Below, piece by piece: positions 1 through 9,111 of a DNA stretch of 64,000 nucleotides. The stretch's first letter is position 1. Each line of letters begins with the position of its first letter. Below the pieces are notes generated by a model. That model had not been told where the DNA came from and made no database searches. It saw only the letters and a list, made by a program, of their open reading frames with translations. The position numbers and the translations under genes are program-made. The stretch comes from Planctomycetota bacterium (GTDB lineage Bacteria > Planctomycetota > B15-G4), in NCBI GenBank assembly GCA_965248575.1, contig CBDFJQ010000002.1, positions 4,825,834-4,889,833 on the forward strand, given 5' to 3'.

Positions 1-417
1 AGGGACGGTGTGCTTACGGAGCCCGCGACCCTGCAGGAGCACATGCGTTACCAGACGATGTATCTGGAGCACCCTTGGTTCTACGAGAGTCCGGCGCGGG
101 ATGTGATGCGCGACGACCGCGACGACCTCAAGGCCATCACCTGGATCTTTCGCAAGGCCTGGGCTCCGCCGCCGCGCTCGCTCCTCCTACGACCCTTGGC
201 TGCGCTTCATCGACAGTGGTGTCGTCGGCGCTTCGATGCCAGGCGCTTCGGGCTCACCCTCGATTGGCGGTTTGCGTTCCAGTGGAATGCCCTGCAAACG
301 CGCGTGCGGTGGGGGTTGGCTCGCCTGGGTCGCCGGCGCTTCTTCGACCGCTTCAGGTCGAAGCCGAGGCGTCAAGCAACTGGTGTGCCCGGAGTGCACC
401 CGGTGCCGCACGTGTAG
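1..417 (+). CDS. C-terminal part of a gene that begins upstream of the window (function unknown)
   Basis: Frame open from position 1 (RDGVLTEPAT...) to TAG at 415-417; GC3-biased codons; no diagnostic motif visible. Confidence 0.55.
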   Translation, partial: RDGVLTEPATLQEHMRYQTMYLEHPWFYESPARDVMRDDRDDLKAITWIFRKAWAPPPRSLLLRPLAALHRQWCRRRFDARRFGLTLDWRFAFQWNALQTRVRWGLARLGRRRFFDRFRSKPRRQATGVPGVHPVPHV

Positions 418-663
418 ACATGTCAACATTCCCATGAACCAGGGAACGGCCCTTCCGTTCGAGAAAGAACAATTCGAACGGGGGAAAGTGCGAACTGTGG
501 CGCGCGATCGCCTGGGATCGGCGCGCACTGGTGAAAACAGCACCGGTTTCGTGAAAGACCTCCCACCCACGGCGCTCGATCTCGACTAGGGTGGAAGCCA
601 CGGGGATCGTGCCGCCGGCGTTGCACCGCGTCACAAGCGTCCGCTTGCCCCGCAGTCATTTCA

Positions 664-736
664 GGGTCACTTCGCGTGCCTCCTGAGTTCGTGGGCCGCG
701 ACTTTCCCGGTGACCCGATCTCTAACCGGGAGAAGT
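664..736 (+). promoter_or_regulatory. Structured 5' leader with an SD-sequestering hairpin and an alternative pairing
   Basis: ACTTTCCCGGT (701-711) pairs with ACCGGGAGAAGT (725-736, contains the GGAG SD); GGGTCAC (664-670) is complementary to GTGACCC (710-716). Confidence 0.3.
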
Positions 737-740
737 AGTC

Positions 741-2021
741 ATGTTGTCTTCATTGCGTCGAGTTTTCTCTCTCGTGCCGGCGGCTCTCCTCGCTGGTGCT
801 CTGCTTGTTTCGGGGCCTGTCGCCTCGGCACAAGGGGTCTGCACGGGCCCCGATGGTTTGGCAGGGCCTTGCTGCACTTCCACAGTCCCGAACCTGCCGC
901 CCTTTCCACAAGTGGCCGTGGGCGGCCTCGGTATCTGTTGGAACAACTGCAATGTGTCTGCCACCCAGAATCTGCGGGTGACGTGGGCACCGCCCACAGA
1001 AGTGAAGTGCACCGAGTATGTGACCACCGTCACGGTGAGCGATTCCGCGACCGGCGCCCCAATCATGATCGGCACCATGGTGTTGGACTACACCCGCACC
1101 TGGGATGAGATTTCTCCGGCAGGGATTCCACACCAGGTCTATCGTTTCGCCGCCAAGGCGGATCTCAGCTCGGTGGTTCCAGCGGGTGCCATTCCGCCGT
1201 GCCCACTTCCTTCCTGCCTGCCACCGATGGGCAACCAACCGACCGCGTTTTTCTACGGTTATGCGGATTACTCGTGCTCGAGCGCTGCGCCTGGTACGGG
1301 CTTCGAGCCCGTGCTCGTGCTCTACCACGCGTGTGACCGCTTCATCCACAGGCCGGGCTTCTCGGATCGCCCGGGGTCCTTCCATCCGGGTGGCTCCTAC
1401 GCCATCGTGGCTCCGCACTCGACGGTGCAGCCGTTCACGCCTGCCAACATGCTGGCCCCCGCCGGCCCGTTGGTCGGTGAGGCAACCCGTGACATGCTGC
1501 CCCCGGTGGGTCCGCCGCCGTTCTTCTGCATCACCGAGGATCGTGTTGCTTCAGGTGCCATGACCCAGTTGGCAACAGGGTGTGTGTGCAACTTGACGAC
1601 AGCAACGACTCATCACACCCTTCGGAAGTTCACGGGGACCACGAGTTGTGTGAACCCTGTCGGAGTTGCAGGTGGGTGGGCCTCCTTGGCCATCAACTTC
1701 CCGGTGAACCCTTGGTTCCACCTGGTGACATCGAGCATCGGGTTCTGGTCGACGCCCGGGCTCTATCCGGGCAACGAAAAGAGCTGGGTGGATGAAGGTG
1801 TCTTTGTGCATCAGAGCGCATGCACCGGTGACTTCGCCGAGCTGAAGTATGGCGGAACCACCCGCTCGGGTTGGCCGGTGATCCTGCCCTTCCCGGTTCC
1901 CGGCAACAAGTTCACGGACCTTGCGGACAACTACACGGCGCCGCTCACGGGGCCGTATCCGACGCCGATTCTCGGGAGCATCCGCCCGACGGATCACCTC
2001 ATCTACGTGAACTACCCGTAG
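741..2021 (+). CDS. Secreted Cys/Pro-rich hypothetical protein
   Basis: 426 aa ORF; GGAGAAG SD; N-terminal signal peptide ending ASA-Q; about 15 Cys. Confidence 0.85.
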   Translation: MLSSLRRVFSLVPAALLAGALLVSGPVASAQGVCTGPDGLAGPCCTSTVPNLPPFPQVAVGGLGICWNNCNVSATQNLRVTWAPPTEVKCTEYVTTVTVSDSATGAPIMIGTMVLDYTRTWDEISPAGIPHQVYRFAAKADLSSVVPAGAIPPCPLPSCLPPMGNQPTAFFYGYADYSCSSAAPGTGFEPVLVLYHACDRFIHRPGFSDRPGSFHPGGSYAIVAPHSTVQPFTPANMLAPAGPLVGEATRDMLPPVGPPPFFCITEDRVASGAMTQLATGCVCNLTTATTHHTLRKFTGTTSCVNPVGVAGGWASLAINFPVNPWFHLVTSSIGFWSTPGLYPGNEKSWVDEGVFVHQSACTGDFAELKYGGTTRSGWPVILPFPVPGNKFTDLADNYTAPLTGPYPTPILGSIRPTDHLIYVNYP

Positions 2022-2055
2022 TGGGGAGAGCCACTCGCCACGCGTGAGAGAATCC

Positions 2056-2084
2056 AGGGCCCCGGGCGACTCGCCCGGGGCCCT
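2056..2084. terminator. Strong hairpin, probable bidirectional terminator between convergent genes
   Basis: AGGGCCCCGGGCGA-C-TCGCCCGGGGCCCT perfect 14-nt inverted repeat followed by a short T run. Confidence 0.7.
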
Positions 2085-2102
2085 TTGCATCTCTTGTGCC
2101 CC

Positions 2103-3170
2103 TCAGCGGTCGACGATCACCTTGGCCAGGGCCTGTGCCATGAGGGTGCCCATGAGGTTCGCCCCCTGTCGCCCCAAGTGGGTAGGGTCCGAGCGTGCGG
2201 TCAGCTCATAGAGCGCTGGGTACGCCCGTGGTCGATTGAAGGCCAGCAAGCCGGGCAACTCACCCTTGGCAGCCAGGTGAAAGGCCATGGGGCGCGCCAG
2301 CATCTCTGGCAGGATCAGAGGGATGCGTTCGACACCCGCGCTTGAGAACAGCAGACGTTGCCGCTCCAGGCCCCGAGTCACCATCGAGGGAACGCTCCCG
2401 GTTGCAGAGTTGCGCGCGACGAGCTGCTCGAGTTGTTGGCCGTACTCCGTGCCGTCACCCAGGAATTCCGCGCGTTTCTTGTCCTCCTGCAACACATCGC
2501 GCCAGCGTGGCTGATGTCCACGGCCTTGCTCCAGCAACTCAAGCGCCTCTCGTTGTCGAGCGCTCCCCTGGTCGTTCCAGTGTGCGAGCAGTGCAGGTCC
2601 CTCACCCACGTTTCCCCAGGCGGAGAGCAATCCCTTGGTGTGTCTGCGCACACTGGCCCAAGGCACGGAGTTCAGGGGGTGGGTGACCAAACCGCTGAGC
2701 AGCTCCGTCACGATGGGCAAACGGTGCCAGCGACGTTCCCGGTCGGTGACGGGGTCCGCCTCACCGTACTCGGAGAGCAGGTACGGGCGCCATTCGAGTA
2801 CGACCCACCGCAGGCGCTTGGGTTGCATGGCGAGGATGTCGTTCAGAAGCGCCTCCGTGGCCCAGGCATCCATGCCCAAGGCGCCGAAATTGAAGGAGCT
2901 GAAGGCAAGCCCGCGTCGTTCCAAGGCGGCGTCGATGTGTGCTGGAACAAGCGAGTAGAGCACCTGGCTTGAGCCCACATAGATGGCGTCGAAGTCATCC
3001 TTGTGCGCTTCGAAGTAGTCGAGCTTGTCTTGCAGGGAGTGCTTGTTGGGCCAGGGCAGCAGGGAGTGGATCCCGGAGGCCGTGGCCCCAAGGGCAGTCA
3101 AGCTGACGGCTAGGAGACATGCCGCGCGCAACAGCCGGGGGCGTCGAGGAGATTCCAGGGGTCGGCTCAC
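2103..3170 (-). CDS. Membrane-anchored SGNH/DltD-like protein
   Basis: N-terminal TM; IYVGSSQ (block I Ser), SFNFGALG, DPTHL..QG (block V D-x-x-H). Confidence 0.7.
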   Translation of the reverse strand: MSRPLESPRRPRLLRAACLLAVSLTALGATASGIHSLLPWPNKHSLQDKLDYFEAHKDDFDAIYVGSSQVLYSLVPAHIDAALERRGLAFSSFNFGALGMDAWATEALLNDILAMQPKRLRWVVLEWRPYLLSEYGEADPVTDRERRWHRLPIVTELLSGLVTHPLNSVPWASVRRHTKGLLSAWGNVGEGPALLAHWNDQGSARQREALELLEQGRGHQPRWRDVLQEDKKRAEFLGDGTEYGQQLEQLVARNSATGSVPSMVTRGLERQRLLFSSAGVERIPLILPEMLARPMAFHLAAKGELPGLLAFNRPRAYPALYELTARSDPTHLGRQGANLMGTLMAQALAKVIVDR

Positions 3171-3179
3171 GCTTCCACT

Positions 3180-4796
3180 CTACTTCCCGGGTGGCGACTC
3201 CCGAGGGGCGGCCTGGTTGCTTGCTGGTCCGCGTCCCGGGTCCAGGGGAATGGGCGCTCCCTTGGCGCGCAGCGCGTCGATGGCAGGGCCAGCGCTCTGG
3301 TAGCGCTCGGCGCGGAACAGCGACGTCGGGATGACATCCGGATCTCCCGTGCCATCGTCCGGTTCATCGACTTCTGGATCGATGCCATAGGGGTTGCGCC
3401 AGTCCCAGACGATACTCCCGCCCTGTGTGACCTCGAACACCCAGCCCTGTTTGCCGGCGCAGACCAAGGTGTTGCCATTGGGCAGCCGTTGCGCACCCGA
3501 GATGAAACTCGAGAAGAAGTCCTCGGGCTTCGGCGCTGAGTAGCTCCATGCGGGGGTGCGTGGGCCGAAGGGGCGACGTGTCTCGATGATGTAGTTGCCC
3601 TGGGCATCCCGCGGCGCCCACCATTCCTTGACCTCTGACCAGGGGCGGTCCTGCTCGGTTCCGTTGTCGAACACGATCAGGTTTCCCGCGCCCAACTGCC
3701 CCTCGGGGATCCACTGCACATTGTGCTGGCCCAGGAGTTGCCGGTCCTCCCACGATCCCATTCCGTAGGCGTAGGGATTGCCCCAGCGGTAGAGCAGGTC
3801 ACCGCCCTTTCCTGAGCGACCGCCGGTCGAGCCCGCAGCCTCTTCGCTGGTTGTGGAGTGATCGATGATCCAGACCTCGTCGAAGCGCCGCACGCTGAGG
3901 GCGATCTGGTCGAGCTCGGCGTTGTAGTCGATGCCGTTGGAGTGCATCCAATCGGCATCCTTCACCCGGGCCTTGTGCGCCTCCTCCTCTGGGTCCTCGT
4001 CGTCCGGCGCGTCCGTGTCCTTGTCGGTGCCGTGGTCGCTGCCACCCACGTATCCGAGCGCAGCCATCTGCGCCAACTCAGCTGCTTGCTCTTCCTCGCT
4101 GGGCGGGTCTGGGTTGCGGTCACCGTTGATGTCGATGCGCTCCGGGCGTGACGAGGGCAGGGCGTTGTTCGGCCCCTCGGGTGTCATGTCTTGCACCAGG
4201 TGGTCCCAGGCGTGCCATTCCCAGACGACATCGCCACCCACCGGTCGCGTGGGGCGGATCTCGTAGACGGCGTCCGGCCAGAACTCCTCGCCCGCCAGGA
4301 GTTCAGGGTCTCGCCCCGCCGCCAGTGCCTCGGCGCGCGTGTGGCGGTCCCATGCAATCAGCAGGATGTTGCCGTTCGGAAGCTCTTCGATGTCGTGATG
4401 GCTGATGCCTGAGTCGCTGTCCCAGTCGAAGGACCAGAGCACGCTGCTGTCCCAGTCGAGTTCCTCAAGGCCACCGCTCATGCCCCCGCCGCGGAAGATG
4501 GGGTGGTCCTCCACGATCAGGCCTTGGATCAAGCTGCCGCGCTCCGTGAGATAGCGCCCACCGCTGGGCATCTTGGAGGACGTCCAGCTGTGGACCGAGG
4601 TGCCCGTCATGTCCACGAGATGCGTCCGTTTGGACCTCAGGGAACGAATCAGGGTGAAACCGGGGGAGGCGCTGCTGCTATCCCAGCCCTCACGGGTGGG
4701 CGGCTCCAAGGGAGGGCCAACGCCGGGCCCTTCGGAGCAGGCCGTTGGCAGGAGCAGGAAGACCAGCAGCCCCTGCAGGAGGGTGACGCCCCTCAC
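3180..4796 (-). CDS. Arylsulfate sulfotransferase (ASST-like) lipoprotein
   Basis: Lipobox LPTAC; SHHDIEELPNGNIL, WMHSNGIDY, GQHNV and FISGAQRLPNGNTL beta-propeller motifs typical of ASST. Confidence 0.85.
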   Translation of the reverse strand: MRGVTLLQGLLVFLLLPTACSEGPGVGPPLEPPTREGWDSSSASPGFTLIRSLRSKRTHLVDMTGTSVHSWTSSKMPSGGRYLTERGSLIQGLIVEDHPIFRGGGMSGGLEELDWDSSVLWSFDWDSDSGISHHDIEELPNGNILLIAWDRHTRAEALAAGRDPELLAGEEFWPDAVYEIRPTRPVGGDVVWEWHAWDHLVQDMTPEGPNNALPSSRPERIDINGDRNPDPPSEEEQAAELAQMAALGYVGGSDHGTDKDTDAPDDEDPEEEAHKARVKDADWMHSNGIDYNAELDQIALSVRRFDEVWIIDHSTTSEEAAGSTGGRSGKGGDLLYRWGNPYAYGMGSWEDRQLLGQHNVQWIPEGQLGAGNLIVFDNGTEQDRPWSEVKEWWAPRDAQGNYIIETRRPFGPRTPAWSYSAPKPEDFFSSFISGAQRLPNGNTLVCAGKQGWVFEVTQGGSIVWDWRNPYGIDPEVDEPDDGTGDPDVIPTSLFRAERYQSAGPAIDALRAKGAPIPLDPGRGPASNQAAPRESPPGK

Positions 4797-5362
4797 GCTG
4801 CTTCAGGCCAGAGCCACGCGAACACGAAGCCCGTCGCCAATCCGTAGAGCAGCCCGTCAAAGAGGAACTTGAACGAGGTGCTCCATTTGATGCCCTTCCA
4901 GATGGAATCCGTGAAGTTGCCCACGCCGTAACCCAGCACGGCAATGGTTGACGCCATGCGGAACACATGGCGCGGGTCGGCGCCCTCGGCGCCCATCGCG
5001 AGCCAGGTCGCGTACGCCACGAAGGCGCCGACCAGGAGGCTGAAGACGAACCACTGGTAGAGGCTCTTGCCCATCGCCGCAGGGCCGTTGGGCAGTACGG
5101 ACATGAAGCCCACGGGCCCTTGCTCGTACTTCTTGATCATCTCCGGCGTGCCCATGTCCTTCATGCTCTTGTGCATGGGGAAGTAGTAGTTGCCTTGCGG
5201 CACCTTGTACTGCCGCATGGCCTCCAGCACGTCTGCCTCCTCGGGCAGCGCCGCATAGTCGTGCTTGTGAATCGGGATCACCATGTGGATGACGCAGCTC
5301 ACGAGGAACACCGCCACGCCAGAGACCAGGATCGGAAGCCAGAGATTGACGAGGAAGTCCAT
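4793..5362 (-). CDS. Conserved multi-TM membrane protein
   Basis: About four hydrophobic segments; GGAG SD upstream of MDFLVN; stop overlaps the ASST start (GTGA). Confidence 0.8.
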   Translation of the reverse strand: MDFLVNLWLPILVSGVAVFLVSCVIHMVIPIHKHDYAALPEEADVLEAMRQYKVPQGNYYFPMHKSMKDMGTPEMIKKYEQGPVGFMSVLPNGPAAMGKSLYQWFVFSLLVGAFVAYATWLAMGAEGADPRHVFRMASTIAVLGYGVGNFTDSIWKGIKWSTSFKFLFDGLLYGLATGFVFAWLWPEAA

Positions 5363-5492
5363 GCGGATCACTCCAGTGGGCGGGGGCGTGGGGGCGGGGC
5401 ACTGCCTCGGAGTGCCCCTGCACGCATGGTCCTTCCTTTGCCGTCATCGCGCAATCCGGCGCTTCACGCCGAGCTTGCGCGGGTCGCGTCGC

Positions 5493-6482
5493 TCAGCGTT
5501 GATCCCGTAGGGAATTCTGGATGCCCTGCAGCTCTACGTCGGAAAGGGGACGAGCGCCGTCGAGCACGCCGAAGCGACCAGAACCGAAGCCGGGCCACCA
5601 CAAATAGCGGGCCCAGCCCTCCACCAAGCTGGCATCGACAGGACCGAAGTGGCGGCTGTCGACGGCGTTGTCGCGATGATCTCCGAGGACGAAGAAGCTG
5701 TCCGTCGACAGCCGGAGCCGGGTGGGTGGTGGGCAGCGAGTGGCGGGGCCGGAGAGCACGCGCCAGGCTCCCTCAGACGAGACTTCCCAGTCGATCTGAG
5801 CGCCTGCGACAGTGGGGCCGAACTGGCGCGTGTCGGCGGGGCCGAGTGCATGACGTGCTAGCGGGACACCGTTGATCAGGACGCGACCTTCCTCGACGAG
5901 GATGTCCTCGCCCGGGAGCCCCAGCACACGCTTCACCAGCTTCTGGCCGCTGCCGTCCGGGTGCCGGAACACGATCAGGTCGCCGCGGCTCACGGCGTGC
6001 GTCGACACGTCCGATCGGTCCACGAGGAACCGATCGCCCGGGAGCAAGGCAGGCGCCATGCTCGCGGTGGGGATCATGTAGGCCTCGAACACATGAGCGC
6101 GAAGTGCCTCGGTGGCCAGCACGGGATAGCCCACACCGAGCAGGACCCATGACAGGCCCATGCCGATGCCCAAGGAGGGAGAGGCAGCCGACAGAACGGC
6201 GCCGCGCGCGAGCTGGACGGCGTCGAAGATCGAGAAGACGCTGACGCCGACGAAGGACGTTGTTGCAGCCAAGATCAGGCCGAGGGACGCGTCGCTTGTA
6301 GGCAGGGCCCACGCCGAAAGCAGGACGGCGGGGGCGAACAGCAGGGACGCTCCCAAGAGCACGACGCCTCGTGCGCGTCGACCGCAGTAGAGCTGACCGA
6401 GCCCGGCACAGCAGGAAGAGAGGAAGGCAGCCAGAAGGGGGGAGAGCTTTCGAGGTGTGTTCATTTCGGGTGGCGAGTCCAT
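5493..6482 (-). CDS. lepB: Signal peptidase I with extra N-terminal TM segments
   Basis: IPTASMAPAL (catalytic Ser), LVKRVLGLPGE (catalytic Lys), VLGDHRDNAVDSR; start moved to MDSPP (6482), 6464 also possible. Confidence 0.88.
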   Translation of the reverse strand: MDSPPEMNTPRKLSPLLAAFLSSCCAGLGQLYCGRRARGVVLLGASLLFAPAVLLSAWALPTSDASLGLILAATTSFVGVSVFSIFDAVQLARGAVLSAASPSLGIGMGLSWVLLGVGYPVLATEALRAHVFEAYMIPTASMAPALLPGDRFLVDRSDVSTHAVSRGDLIVFRHPDGSGQKLVKRVLGLPGEDILVEEGRVLINGVPLARHALGPADTRQFGPTVAGAQIDWEVSSEGAWRVLSGPATRCPPPTRLRLSTDSFFVLGDHRDNAVDSRHFGPVDASLVEGWARYLWWPGFGSGRFGVLDGARPLSDVELQGIQNSLRDQR

Positions 6483-6519
6483 GTGGGTCGGTGGAGTGAC
6501 GTGGCGGCGCAATGCCCGC

Positions 6520-6789
6520 TCAGGCGATGAGCAAGCGCACGACGTGCGCCACCCGGTAAGCCCCCGCGAGCAGCGCGGCGGTGAAGACAGCAGCTCGCCC
6601 GAGGGGGTGGGCAAGCAGCCGAGAGGGGGCTTGCGTCTGGACTGGTGGCGACTCGAGCTTCGCCGAAGCCTCAGCTGCGACAGCGGTCATGAGCGCTTCG
6701 GTGAAACCTGTGGGTACAGGGCATCGGGCTCGCTCGTCCTCCCAGGAGGCGTCGACCAGATGTCCGTCGTTGTGGCTGTCCGTGGTCAT
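6520..6789 (-). CDS. Putative small anti-sigma factor (single C-terminal TM)
   Basis: ATGA-coupled to the ECF gene; PTGFTEALMTAV resembles the P-x-G-F-x-x-x-V-M anti-sigma motif; one TM at the C-terminus. Confidence 0.6.
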   Translation of the reverse strand: MTTDSHNDGHLVDASWEDERARCPVPTGFTEALMTAVAAEASAKLESPPVQTQAPSRLLAHPLGRAAVFTAALLAGAYRVAHVVRLLIA

Positions 6790-7451
6790 GGAAAGACCTC
6801 CGAGGGATTGGGTAGGCGCAGACGCAGGGCTTCCCGAGCGCGGGCTACGCGCGACTTCACCGTCCCCGGCGCCACGCCCTCGATTCGAGCGATCTGCTCG
6901 TAGGGCAAGCGCACGAAGCGTGCGAGGACGAAGGCGGTCCGTTGCTCCAGGGGAAGCGCGGCGAGGGCTGCATCAAGCCTGCTGAGCAGGTCCTGCCCTG
7001 CGGCGTGGTGCTCGGGCAGCCTGTTGTCGGTGGTCTGCGTCAGGTCGCTGCCGGAGACGGGCTGCCGAGCTTCGCGCCCAAGTCGGTTCAGGCAGTTGTT
7101 GCGGGCGATGCGAAACAGCCAGGTCGAGAAGCGTCCCCGGTTCGGGGCATAGTCGCCGAGGCGAACATAGGCAGCGAGAAAGGCCTCCTGTGCTGCATCC
7201 TCCCGGTCCTCTGAGCGATGCAGGAACGAACCCACAAAGGCCAGCAGTGGGCCCTCCCAACGATTCACGAGCAGCCGGAACGCCTGGGTGTCGCCCTCCA
7301 GCACGCGCTGGATGGCGACCGTCTCGTCATCTCGTTCCTGTGAACCGATGGGCCAACTCCTCCAGGGGCTGCTTCCTTCTACAGCCAGCTTCGGAGCGGG
7401 TTCCCAAAAAATGGTGCTCGGGCGTGTGGGCTGAGCAAAGTCGCCAGGCAC
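6786..7451 (-). CDS. ECF RNA polymerase sigma factor (SigW/RpoE-like)
   Basis: Region 2 EDREDAAQEAFL..FSTWLFRIARN; region 4 LPYEQIARIEGVAPGTVKSRVARAR; start uncertain. Confidence 0.92.
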   Translation of the reverse strand: MPGDFAQPTRPSTIFWEPAPKLAVEGSSPWRSWPIGSQERDDETVAIQRVLEGDTQAFRLLVNRWEGPLLAFVGSFLHRSEDREDAAQEAFLAAYVRLGDYAPNRGRFSTWLFRIARNNCLNRLGREARQPVSGSDLTQTTDNRLPEHHAAGQDLLSRLDAALAALPLEQRTAFVLARFVRLPYEQIARIEGVAPGTVKSRVARAREALRLRLPNPSEVFP

Positions 7452-7513
7452 GAAGGCTCTGGCGTAGAGTATCCGCTGCTTTCAGGTGAGACGTCCCGTG
7501 CGGAGAGATCCCC

Positions 7514-8440
7514 ATGCGCATGTGCGCTGCGCTTGCTGTGCTCCTGATCGCGACTTCGTGCAGCGTCGTGAGCCCGGCACGAATCTCTCAAGAGCCGCGT
7601 AGTCGGCACGTGCTGGTCATGGGGCTCGACGGCGTTCGCCCTGACGCGCTGCGAGCTGCCCGCACGCCACGGCTGGATGCACTGGCACAAGGCGGGACAG
7701 TCAGCTGGGACTCCATTGCCGGCGGGGGGGCGGCGAGCGGCGACGTCACGCAGCAGGCCACCTCCAGTGGGCCGGGGTGGTCGAGCGTTCTCACAGGTGT
7801 CTGGGCGAACAAGCACGGGGTGCGCGACAACAGCTTCGAGGGTCACGACCTGGAGACCTTTCCCCATGCCTTCGTGCGCATTCGAGACGCGCTACCCGAC
7901 GCATACCTGGCGTCGATCGTTCATTGGGCGCCCATCAACGAGCAGCTCTTGAGGCCCTACCCCGGCGCGGCGAGCTTTCTGGCCGAAACGGAAACCGATG
8001 CGGCCGTGGTTGCGATCGCAGTGGAACAACTGAGGGCTTTCACCCCGGACGTTTTGTTCCTGCACTTCGACGACGTGGACCATGCAGGGCATGCACACGG
8101 ATACAGCTCGTCCGTGCCCGAGTATCTCGCCGCGATCGAGCAGGTCGACCGCCAACTGGGGCAGGTGCTGGAGGCGCTTGCGCACCGCCCGGAGCGCTCG
8201 CAGGAAGATTGGCTGATTCTGCTGACCACCGACCATGGAGGCTCGGGGACGGGGCATGGGGGCCAGTCTGCGGACGAACGCCGTATCTGGGTGATTGCCC
8301 ACGGCGCTGCGGTGCTCCCCCGGGAGGTCTCCCCGGGGCCTGGGCACACCGTCATTGCCCGGTCCCTGTTCGAGCACCTCGGCTTGGATTGTCCGCCGAG
8401 TTGGGGCTTGGTGGATTTGGCATCCTTCACTGATGACTGA
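7514..8440 (+). CDS. Alkaline phosphatase superfamily / nucleotide pyrophosphatase lipoprotein
   Basis: Lipobox ATSC; GLDGVRPD, TSSGPGW, DDVDHAGH, TTDHGG metal-binding motifs. Confidence 0.88.
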   Translation: MRMCAALAVLLIATSCSVVSPARISQEPRSRHVLVMGLDGVRPDALRAARTPRLDALAQGGTVSWDSIAGGGAASGDVTQQATSSGPGWSSVLTGVWANKHGVRDNSFEGHDLETFPHAFVRIRDALPDAYLASIVHWAPINEQLLRPYPGAASFLAETETDAAVVAIAVEQLRAFTPDVLFLHFDDVDHAGHAHGYSSSVPEYLAAIEQVDRQLGQVLEALAHRPERSQEDWLILLTTDHGGSGTGHGGQSADERRIWVIAHGAAVLPREVSPGPGHTVIARSLFEHLGLDCPPSWGLVDLASFTDD

Positions 8441-9080
8441 GCCCCCGGAACTTGCTCGGCTTCGTGACGGGTTCATGAACGCAGGGCTGCACGAGTCCAG
8501 CGCACCTGATCAGCCCTTGCTGCTGTTCGAGACCTGGTTGGAGCAGGCCAACAAGGCTGGCATCTACAACGCACATGCGATGGCGGTGGCGACTGCTGAC
8601 GCGACCGGCCACCCCTCCGTGCGCAACGTGCTGATGCGAGACGTGCGTGATGGGAAGCTGGAGTTCTTCACGAACTACCTGAGCCGTAAGGGCAGAGAGC
8701 TCGGGGACAATCCTGTGGCCGAGGCTCTCTTCAGCTGGCTTCCGCTGGAGCGGCAGGTGCGCTTTTCGGGAATCGTGCAGCGCTCGTCCGCGGATCGGTC
8801 CGACGCGTACTTCGCCCAGCGCCCACGCTCGTCTCGCATCTCGGCAATGGCATCCCCCCAGAGCGAGGTGATCGCCTCCCGGCAAGCCTTGGAGCGAGAG
8901 CATGCTGAGTTGGCCCAGGAACTCGACGGCGCCGAACCTGCCCGTCCACGGAGTTGGGGTGGTTTCCTGCTCGTTCCCGACCGCATCGAATTCTGGCAGG
9001 GCCGGCCCCACAGGCTGCACGATCGGCTGCTCTACGAACGGGAGGGAAGCGGCTGGATGCGATGCCGCCTGGCTCCTTGA
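8433..9080 (+). CDS. pdxH: Pyridoxamine 5'-phosphate oxidase
   Basis: FFTNYLSRKG, ERQVR, YFAQRPRSS, IEFWQGRPHRLHDR and C-terminal RLAP signature. Confidence 0.95.
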   Translation: MTEPPELARLRDGFMNAGLHESSAPDQPLLLFETWLEQANKAGIYNAHAMAVATADATGHPSVRNVLMRDVRDGKLEFFTNYLSRKGRELGDNPVAEALFSWLPLERQVRFSGIVQRSSADRSDAYFAQRPRSSRISAMASPQSEVIASRQALEREHAELAQELDGAEPARPRSWGGFLLVPDRIEFWQGRPHRLHDRLLYEREGSGWMRCRLAP

Positions 9081-9107
9081 CTAGAAATAGAATTCGTGTT
9101 CTAGTTT
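9077..9107 (+). promoter_or_regulatory. Putative TetR operator palindrome overlapping a sigma70-like promoter
   Basis: ACTAGAA-ATA-GAATTC-GTG-TTCTAGT (9080-9105) near-perfect palindrome in an AT-rich island; TTGACT -35-like box at 9077; lies directly before the tetR ATG. Confidence 0.65.
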
Positions 9108-9111
9108 TGAA

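Noticed and set aside
434-589. 51-aa ORF MNQGTALPFEKEQF... as a possible RiPP precursor or small protein
   Set aside because: No SD, no recognisable leader/core pattern, and the upstream gene cannot be identified as a modifying enzyme
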